Positions 26,203 through 33,211 of a stretch of DNA of 33,211 bases are shown one piece after another. Both the position numbers and the translations under genes were made by a program. Under the pieces are notes generated by a model. It was not told the origin of the DNA. It saw only the letters and a program-made list of their open reading frames with translations, and made no database searches. The stretch covers positions 1 to 33,211 of the forward strand of contig JAKQQL010000125.1 of assembly GCA_029564175.1 (NCBI GenBank), in the 5' to 3' direction. This DNA is from Candidatus Cloacimonadota bacterium. GTDB lineage: Bacteria > Cloacimonadota > Cloacimonadia > Cloacimonadales > WRIO01. Each line of letters starts with the position of its first letter. Positions within the stretch are counted from its first letter, which is position 1.

Positions 26203-29160
26203 TTATTTTAGCAAAAGGACTTTTTGAGTGTAGTTATATTTTTGACCTTCCAGTCTGATAAAGTAGATACCCGAAGCGACGCTTTTATGATAAGTATCTT
26301 TGCCATTAAAGATAAAATGGTGTTGTCCCTTTCCCAGAATTCCTTTATGCAAGGTATTGATTTTTTGTCCTTTGATATTGTAAATGTAAAGATTGATTTC
26401 ATCTTGTTCTGGTAAGTAAAAATCTACTGTTGTAGCAGGGTTGAACGGATTTGGATAGACAAGCAATGAAAAGCTTTTTTCAGGCTGAATAGTTACTTCT
26501 TCAACTGGCGTGATACCATTCAGACAAGCTTTTGCCAGATAGATATCTGACCATCGATTTGTCTTATCAAAATGATCATAGTTCATCCAGGGTTCCAGGC
26601 TTTCAGTAGAAGTATCTTTTTTTGCAATAATATATAAAGAATCTGTCGGACCGCTGAATAGACTAAACTGATCAAAGTCAAGCGTCTCAAATGAATCGAG
26701 CAGAACTGGATTTTCTAACTCATTCAGATTATAGATTTTCGCCTCGTTTCCTTCATAGATTGTCAGAAGCAGATTATTATTTGTTGTTTTTAGCAATTGC
26801 GGTTTTAAATACGCTTCTGCTTGTGTATCTTCTATATTTAAGTGAATGGTATTTTGTGCTTCATTATCCAGATTAAAGCGAAGCATTTTCCATTGGTTAC
26901 TTTGCAGATACAACACATTCAGCCAGTTATCACTGATCATCATATCGGCGATCGGATTTTGCAGAGGCAATTCTGTTGTCTCAAAATTTTGTCCCTGGTT
27001 ATTGGAATATTTTAGGTATAGTCCAGTATTTTGACCACGTTTATAAATACAGGCAATCCGGTTACTATCTGAAGTAAACATCATTTTATATACATCCCGA
27101 AGATCTTCTATCAGCTGATTATCAGTTACTTGAGAGTTTTCATCCACCTGTAAAAACCGATATTCAGAAATTCCTGTTAATGTTGAAGGGAAGTAAGGTA
27201 ATTGATTGTCAGCCAATCTGCTGTCATAGTGGTAATCCAACTGATAACCGGTTGGACGGTGAGGGGGACCTAAAACGTAAGGGGGATTCCATATACCCGT
27301 ATCAAGATTATTGTTTGAAGAAGCCGTACCGCTACGATGCATAAAACCTCTTCTCTGTTGAGCAATTGACCCGAACAGATGAAGTGTACCTCTCTCCCAG
27401 GTAATATCAGTATTCAGATTTTGAGGAACGGGACCAGCATCTTTTTCAGGCCAGACCGGATTATACCAGGGATAATCTGATGTTTTATACATGATGTCAC
27501 CAGAAGCCTGAGTATAATCGTAATCAGAGATACTATTATTTGGATAACCATTTGACATTAAATCAGGTGTCTGGTTTGGCCAGTAGTGCCAAAGAGGTCT
27601 GTTTGATATGTTTGGAGATGCAGGCGGAAAACGATGTCTGTGAAAATCAATATACTTGTATAGCGTATCCTGACCTGTAAACTGACTGATACCTCTAAAA
27701 GGCATGACAGCTCCGTGCGGATGCTGATATTCATAAGAGAAAACGCCTTCATTTCTAAAGCCATTTTCTCCACCGGTATTTCTACCTAAAGCTGCATAAG
27801 CACCATATAGATAGACATGGCCATCCGGACCCTGTGAATTATTGGCATGGGTAATATATGAACCGTCATAAGGCTCTCTGTACTTGTATTTCAGATAAAT
27901 GCTTTTTTCAGAAACCAATCCAAAAAAGTCAGTTGTATTATTATCAGGGGATTGACCGGGAGTTGTTCCGGCATAAGTAATATTACCTGTAATATAGGCA
28001 TCTCCTCCACAGGCAATCATCATTTTACCTGAGACATTTCCTTCTATCCAAACGGTTCCAGGCAAATAAATGCCGGTATTTTCAATTGAAAACTCACTGG
28101 GTGGATGCCAGAGCGTGTCTCTTATCGTTATGTAGTTAGTCCATAAAGAATCTGCCATATAGGTATCAGGCTGACTGGTGACCACAGGGTGCTCTTCATC
28201 AGGGTAGTGCTTATACACCACAAAAGTATCAATATAAGTCTGAGTAAAATCCAGTATGTAAACATTAATCATGCTGCCTTCAATATGACATTTAAAAATC
28301 TTGTTTTCATACGTCTGAGTTGAGCTTCCAAAAGGACTTATTAATGGAGCAGAGCCTATCCAGTCTATCTTCAGACTATCCGCATTTTCCTGATAACCTC
28401 CCTGAAAAATCCCATCTATTGGTGCTGGAGACCCGATTAAGGGTGAATTTTGATTATGATTGACAAACTGTTTGCTGGTCGAAACGAAATTTTCAAAGAG
28501 AGGCCAGCCAGGGCTATTAGGATTAACTTGTCCTGCCCCATTAAAGATTCGAATGTCTGAATTACTATGTACAGGTCCATTGAAAATACTATTGCCATTA
28601 AAACTCACATAAGCGGTAACGCCTTCTTCAGCCAAGATGTTCAGTTCTTTATTTGTAAAATATTGAAAATAGGCTAACTGCTTATACAAGTGTTTTTTGG
28701 CTAAGATCTGCCAGGTGTTTCCAAACCGTTTGATAATTGGTTCATTTTTTACACCATCTAAAATCACTTGATTTGAGACTATTTGACCATTTTCTACTTT
28801 TACATGATGCAGATTGATATTACTTGTTTCATTGTGTTTACGGGTGTAAAAAATGTTTACAATACTATTTTCATTTACTTCAAGGGATGGCGCTGACAAA
28901 GCTGGCATTACCGATATCGTATCAATCACGGTATAAGCAAATGACAATCCATAATTATCTGATACGCCTAATTTTAACAGATGAGGATTACCCATTTCAA
29001 TAAAGCTAATCCACATACGGTTATGCTTAATCTGAATGCCTGATTCTTCCGAAAATAAGACTTTTTCACCTAAATTGATCTGATGAAATGGACTCACAAA
29101 TGCCGACACACTGCCTATTAACAGTATCAACATCAAACACATCAACATGCTTTTTTTCAT
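26203..29160 (-). CDS. Secreted protein with Asp-box/BNR-like repeats, central PilX/DUF4900-like region and C-terminal T9SS type A/FlgD-Ig sorting domain
   Basis: Signal peptide MKKSMLMCLMLILLIGSVSA after SD AAGGAG; Asp-box-like SDNYGLSF and SNNQGQNF; C-terminus YPNPFNPATT...IYNIKGQKI...SGIYFIRL...KVLLLK. Confidence 0.85.
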   Translation of the reverse strand: MKKSMLMCLMLILLIGSVSAFVSPFHQINLGEKVLFSEESGIQIKHNRMWISFIEMGNPHLLKLGVSDNYGLSFAYTVIDTISVMPALSAPSLEVNENSIVNIFYTRKHNETSNINLHHVKVENGQIVSNQVILDGVKNEPIIKRFGNTWQILAKKHLYKQLAYFQYFTNKELNILAEEGVTAYVSFNGNSIFNGPVHSNSDIRIFNGAGQVNPNSPGWPLFENFVSTSKQFVNHNQNSPLIGSPAPIDGIFQGGYQENADSLKIDWIGSAPLISPFGSSTQTYENKIFKCHIEGSMINVYILDFTQTYIDTFVVYKHYPDEEHPVVTSQPDTYMADSLWTNYITIRDTLWHPPSEFSIENTGIYLPGTVWIEGNVSGKMMIACGGDAYITGNITYAGTTPGQSPDNNTTDFFGLVSEKSIYLKYKYREPYDGSYITHANNSQGPDGHVYLYGAYAALGRNTGGENGFRNEGVFSYEYQHPHGAVMPFRGISQFTGQDTLYKYIDFHRHRFPPASPNISNRPLWHYWPNQTPDLMSNGYPNNSISDYDYTQASGDIMYKTSDYPWYNPVWPEKDAGPVPQNLNTDITWERGTLHLFGSIAQQRRGFMHRSGTASSNNNLDTGIWNPPYVLGPPHRPTGYQLDYHYDSRLADNQLPYFPSTLTGISEYRFLQVDENSQVTDNQLIEDLRDVYKMMFTSDSNRIACIYKRGQNTGLYLKYSNNQGQNFETTELPLQNPIADMMISDNWLNVLYLQSNQWKMLRFNLDNEAQNTIHLNIEDTQAEAYLKPQLLKTTNNNLLLTIYEGNEAKIYNLNELENPVLLDSFETLDFDQFSLFSGPTDSLYIIAKKDTSTESLEPWMNYDHFDKTNRWSDIYLAKACLNGITPVEEVTIQPEKSFSLLVYPNPFNPATTVDFYLPEQDEINLYIYNIKGQKINTLHKGILGKGQHHFIFNGKDTYHKSVASGIYFIRLEGQKYNYTQKVLLLK

Positions 29161-29510
29161 TTGATTCTCCTTTTCTAACAAGTATTAATCTTGCCTCCTG
29201 TTCTGGTGTTACTAATGGCTTAAAATCCAGATTCCGGATTCTAACTTCATAATCGATAAACGTACACTTGATCAACAAAGTAAATCCTTTTGCAAACGAA
29301 TATGAATGCACAAATTTTACTTTTGCCTATAGAATATTTAAAATCATTTCTTTTTTGAAGCATTAAATGTTCCAAATTGATAGCGTAAACAACATAATTG
29401 TGGGATTTTTCTCATAATGTATCTATTGAGCCTGTTAATCGAAAACTACTGAAAAAATGGGAACTTATATGTTTTTTTTAAAGGTAATCTCCAGAATTAA
29501 CATCATGATG

Positions 29511-30305
29511 AAAGCAATCATCTCGATCTATGTATCAAACTAAATTCTTTTCTCGCAAAGAGCGCAAAGAACGCAAAGAGGAGGGTCTGTCATAAGCAGA
29601 GTGTCGTAGTAATGACCGTCTCCCTGTTCGTAGGGATTTGCGAAATTAAGCGAAGCGAAATGCCGTAAATCCGAAAAAATAATACCCTGATCTTTGTTTC
29701 ATTCTGAAATCTTTTCTCGCAAAGAGCGCAAAGTGCGCAAAGAGGAGCTTGTGCCTATAGAAGATAAAATGACTGATCCGTGATAAAATTTCCCTCCGAT
29801 GGAGGGATGCCACTTTGGGGCGGGGTGGTAAGTTCGCTTAGTTGTAGCGCAAGCAACCTGCTTGCGAATGTAAATTTTTCATGCTTTTCGTGGTGATTCA
29901 AACAATGTATCATGCGGAGAAGATTGTATCAAAATCAACTGCTCTTGACATGAATTTGTACTCATTCATCATTTATCATTCACAATTCACAATTAAACGT
30001 ACCACCCCGTCACCGGAGGGGAATTATTATTGTTCGATTATTTTTCAACCATACATCCGAAAAAACAATACTATGCTCTATGTTTCGTTCTGAATTCTTT
30101 TCTCGCAAAGAACGCAAAGAACGCAAAGAGGAGGGTCTGTCATAAGCAGCGTGCCGTAGTAATGACTGTCTCCCTGTTCGTAGGGATTTGCGAAATGAAG
30201 CGAAGCGAAATGCCGTAAATCCGAAAAACATAAAGCAATCATCTCGATCTGTGTTTCATTCTGAAATCCTTTCTCGCAAAGAGCGCAAAGTGCGCAAAGA
30301 GGAGG
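29511..30305. repeat. Mosaic repeat region with two ~200-bp direct repeats flanking several smaller repeat families
   Basis: 29543-29747 is highly similar to 30093-30304. TCTCGCAAAG...CGCAAAG...CGCAAAGAGGAG occurs at 29551, 29715, 30101 and 30272. GTAGGGATTTGCGAAA...CGTAAATCCG is shared with 16508. Also a REP at 29844 and a 7-mer tandem at 29963-29996. Confidence 0.9.
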
Positions 30306-30442
30306 GTATGCAATAATAAGAGTTTTGAGGAAAAACATAATGTATGATTAAAAAAATATAACAACCCACATTCAAAACCTTTTCTTTTGCTATTTAGTGA
30401 TTTCTGATTAGATTGTAAAAAAAAAGATAGAAATGAGGTAAT

Positions 30443-32959
30443 ATGAAAAGCAAAGTCAGTATCAATGTTGGTGGAATGACTTGTTCTGCATGTTCATCAG
30501 CAATTGACAGAGCCTTACATAAAAAAACAGGGATACAAAAGGTTGCTGTAAATTTGGCAACCAACAAGGCAAATATAGAGTTTGATGATGAGATGATCAG
30601 TCTGGCTGAGATTGAAAAAACCATAGAAGATACCGGTTATGAGGTCGTCAGAAAACAAAAAGATAATACACTTGAAGAGAAAGAACAATTTTATCTGGAA
30701 GATCAGCAAAATATGATGATTGCCTGGTTAATCGCCATTCCTTTGATGGTGCTGATGTTTTTGAGTATGGGGGGTGTGATACCTCATACCTGGCATTTTA
30801 TCAAGATAATCAATATGCTGTTTACCTTCGTTCTGATGGCATGGCCAGCACGAAAAGTCTTTATCTCTGCCTTTAAAAGCCTGATTCACGGGCATACTAA
30901 TATGGATGTGCTGATTGCCCTCGGTTCGGGTGCTGCTTTTACGACCGGCTTTTTTGGTTCTAAGATGGGGCAACACAGTTTTACTGAGATAGCGGGTATG
31001 ATACTGGTGATCCATTTAACAGGTCGCTTTATTGAGAGAAGGGCAAAAGGGAAAACATCTTCTGCTATTCGTAAACTCATGGAAATGGGGGCAAAAAATG
31101 CCAATATTGAAAAAAATGGACATATCATGCAGGTGCCGGTTGAAATGCTTGAGATAAATGATGTCATGCTTGTTAAACCAGGTGAAAAAGTGCCTACAGA
31201 TGGAATTGTAACAGAAGGTTCTACCTATATTGATGAGTCTATGGCCACCGGTGAATCTGTCCCTGTTCATAAAAAACCTGGAGACTCTGTTATCGGAGCA
31301 ACTATTAATGGAAATGGCTCAATCAGGGTGAAAGTCAGTAAACTGGGTAAGGACACTTTTTTAGCTCAAATGATTCAATTGGTAGATGAAGCACAAAGTA
31401 CGAAAGTACCGATTCAGGCTTTTGCCGACAAGATTACAGGCATTTTCGTTCCGATCATCATCATTCTGGCAGTGATAACTTTCTTGATTCATTATTTTTT
31501 TCCCCAGCTTATGCAAATGGTACTTGCTATATTACCTTTTGCTAACTGGTTTCATGTAGGGGAGATGACTCCATTGATTCAGGCTTTGTTTGCTTCGATA
31601 TCTGTATTGGTGATTGCCTGCCCCTGTGCCCTTGGTCTGGCTACACCTACTGCCATTATGGCAGGTATCGGTCTGGGAGCTCAGAATGGTATTCTTTACC
31701 GAAATGGTGAAGCGATTCAAATGATCAATCAGGCTAAAATGATTATCTTTGATAAAACAGGTACTTTGACTAAAGGAAAACCAGCAATTAAGGATGTCAT
31801 TGTTTGTCGTGATTTTAATGAAAAACGCCTGATACAGATCGCCGGCAGTCTGGAATGGCATTCGGAGCATCCGCTTGCCAAAGCAGTCGTGCAGAAAATG
31901 GATTCAATGAATATCAACAGATTAGACGTTTTGGATTTTCACAATGAGTCAGGCAAAGGTATTTCTGGCAGAATAGATAAAGAATTTGTGTTAATTGGAA
32001 ACGAAACATTTTTGAAAGAAAATAAATGTGATCTAAGCACATTCCAGATTCAGATTAATCAGCTGGCAGATCAGGGAAAGTCTATCATTCTTATTGCTAG
32101 CAAAGACAGCCATGAATCTGTTTATTCTCTTGCGGGTATTCTATCTGTGGTTGACGAGATCAAAAACAGTGCTTACTTGACAATAGAACTGCTGAAGAAA
32201 AAACAGATTAAAACCCTCTTACTCTCTGGCGATAATGAAAAAACAGTTTATCAGGTTTCTAATGAACTGGGTATGGATATGATGAAAGCAAATGTTTTGC
32301 CTGCCGATAAAAGTCAAACCGTTAAGACATTGCAGAAAGATTTTCAACCGCTGATTATGGTAGGCGACGGTATCAATGATGCGCCTGCGCTTAAACAGGC
32401 TGATATCAGTATGGCAATGGGGAATGGAACCGATATTGCCATAGAATCTGCAGACATTGTTCTGGTGAAAGGGGATCCGCTTACGATTATTAAAACGCTT
32501 GCACTATCAAAAGAAATCTTCAAGGTGATTAAACAAAACCTGTTTTGGGCTTTTTTCTATAATCTAGTAGCGATTCCTTTTGCTTTTTCAGGACTTTTAA
32601 ATCCGATAATCGCTGAAATGGCAATGGCAATCAGTTCTATCACTGTCGTAACAAATGCTAATCGTTTAAGAAAAATGAAAATTCTGCCTCATTTAGCCGT
32701 TTCAGAAGGTGAATGGAAGGAAGACAACAAAGGAGAAAATCAAATGATTAAAAGAAAATTATTCGTAGATGATATGACCTGCAATCATTGTAAACTCAGA
32801 ATAACAAAGACCGTAGAAGTGCTAAAAGGCGTAAAAACCGTCCATATTGATCTTGAACAAAAATGGGTTGAGATAGAATATGATGAAAGGGTCATCCAAA
32901 TAGAACAGATCAAAACAGCAATTGAAAGTGCCGGTTATAATCCTGTAATCCGTAACTGA
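30443..32959 (+). CDS. copA: Copper-translocating P1B-1 ATPase with N-terminal HMA and fused C-terminal CopZ-like HMA domain
   Basis: GMTCSAC, TGES, CPCALGLATP, DKTGT, SEHPLA, GDGINDAP, the YN and MAISS Cu(I)-type motifs, and C-terminal DMTCNHC. Confidence 0.93.
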   Translation: MKSKVSINVGGMTCSACSSAIDRALHKKTGIQKVAVNLATNKANIEFDDEMISLAEIEKTIEDTGYEVVRKQKDNTLEEKEQFYLEDQQNMMIAWLIAIPLMVLMFLSMGGVIPHTWHFIKIINMLFTFVLMAWPARKVFISAFKSLIHGHTNMDVLIALGSGAAFTTGFFGSKMGQHSFTEIAGMILVIHLTGRFIERRAKGKTSSAIRKLMEMGAKNANIEKNGHIMQVPVEMLEINDVMLVKPGEKVPTDGIVTEGSTYIDESMATGESVPVHKKPGDSVIGATINGNGSIRVKVSKLGKDTFLAQMIQLVDEAQSTKVPIQAFADKITGIFVPIIIILAVITFLIHYFFPQLMQMVLAILPFANWFHVGEMTPLIQALFASISVLVIACPCALGLATPTAIMAGIGLGAQNGILYRNGEAIQMINQAKMIIFDKTGTLTKGKPAIKDVIVCRDFNEKRLIQIAGSLEWHSEHPLAKAVVQKMDSMNINRLDVLDFHNESGKGISGRIDKEFVLIGNETFLKENKCDLSTFQIQINQLADQGKSIILIASKDSHESVYSLAGILSVVDEIKNSAYLTIELLKKKQIKTLLLSGDNEKTVYQVSNELGMDMMKANVLPADKSQTVKTLQKDFQPLIMVGDGINDAPALKQADISMAMGNGTDIAIESADIVLVKGDPLTIIKTLALSKEIFKVIKQNLFWAFFYNLVAIPFAFSGLLNPIIAEMAMAISSITVVTNANRLRKMKILPHLAVSEGEWKEDNKGENQMIKRKLFVDDMTCNHCKLRITKTVEVLKGVKTVHIDLEQKWVEIEYDERVIQIEQIKTAIESAGYNPVIRN
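32744..32959 (+). CDS. Possible separately initiated CopZ-like copper chaperone, in frame within copA
   Basis: AAGGAG precedes the in-frame ATG at 32744 by 7 nt. The product would be a 71-aa stand-alone HMA domain, MIKRKLFVDDMTCNHC...IESAGY. Confidence 0.5.
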   Translation: MIKRKLFVDDMTCNHCKLRITKTVEVLKGVKTVHIDLEQKWVEIEYDERVIQIEQIKTAIESAGYNPVIRN

Positions 32960-32965
32960 TACACT

Positions 32966-33075
32966 GTAGAACAAGCAACCTGTAGGGCAAGCAACTTGCT
33001 TGTTTTGAAGAATCTTACGCAAGCTGGTAGGGCAAGCAACCTGCTTGCCAAGATAACGCACAAGCTAGTAGCTTG
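32966..33075. repeat. Degenerate, truncated REP-doublet cluster (same family as 20236 and 22031)
   Basis: Contains GTAGAACAAGCAACCT, GTAGGGCAAGCAAC(T/C)TGCTTG, the linkers TTTTGAAGAATCTTAC and CCAAGATAACGC, and CAAGCTAGTAGCTTG. Confidence 0.88.
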
Positions 33076-33120
33076 AACGAAGCTGCAAGCAGCAGGTTTA
33101 CAAATTTACTTCGTAAATTA

Positions 33121-33153
33121 GAATGCCTCCAAATATTAAATTTGGAGGCATTC
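33121..33153. terminator. Strong hairpin, probable terminator downstream of copA
   Basis: GAATGCCTCCAAAT-ATTAA-ATTTGGAGGCATTC, a perfect 14-bp stem with only a weak U-tail. Confidence 0.6.
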
Positions 33154-33211
33154 ATGTTATCTTACGAACAGGACTTCGTAAACAATATCTATTTAAAAGG
33201 ATTTTCAGAAT

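Noticed and set aside
29881..30338. Short ORFs with LCVLCALCEK / AKNAKNAK translations
   Set aside because: These are translations of the CGCAAAG repeat mosaic, open on both strands, with no coding features.
788..32000. Numerous 60-130 aa ORFs antisense or out of frame within long genes
   Set aside because: These are shadow ORFs of well-supported CDSs with no recognisable motifs.
32822..33061. Minus-strand ORF with KQVACPT repeats
   Set aside because: It is derived from the REP cluster and is antisense to the copA C-terminus.

Overview
This is an AT-rich bacterial window. A Ca. Cloacimonadota-like (FCB group) origin is inferred from a T9SS/FlgD-type C-terminal sorting domain and an MKVxFK-type hypothetical protein; this is not verified. 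From left to right: the 3' end of a LivK-like substrate-binding protein gene, then a compact NHLM/Nif11-type RiPP export locus (short HlyD adaptor, C39-peptidase ABC transporter, second ABC transporter, tandem GNAT, and two double-glycine precursors with homologous 75-aa leaders and unrelated cores). Next come PMM/PGM, a cytoplasmic hybrid kinase, a PlpD-like patatin, aroA, mfd, a GT4 glycosyltransferase, a very long MCP, a hypothetical protein, a secreted T9SS-type protein, and a Cu(I) P1B-ATPase with a C-terminal CopZ domain that keeps its own RBS. The intergenic DNA is densely populated by several small palindromic (REP/REPIN-like) repeat families. These form tandem arrays, nest inside one another, show stem covariation, and in one case sit in frame within the GNAT gene. 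No transposase, CRISPR or RNA gene was recognised. The best candidate for a novel system is the GNAT plus Nif11-precursor RiPP locus.
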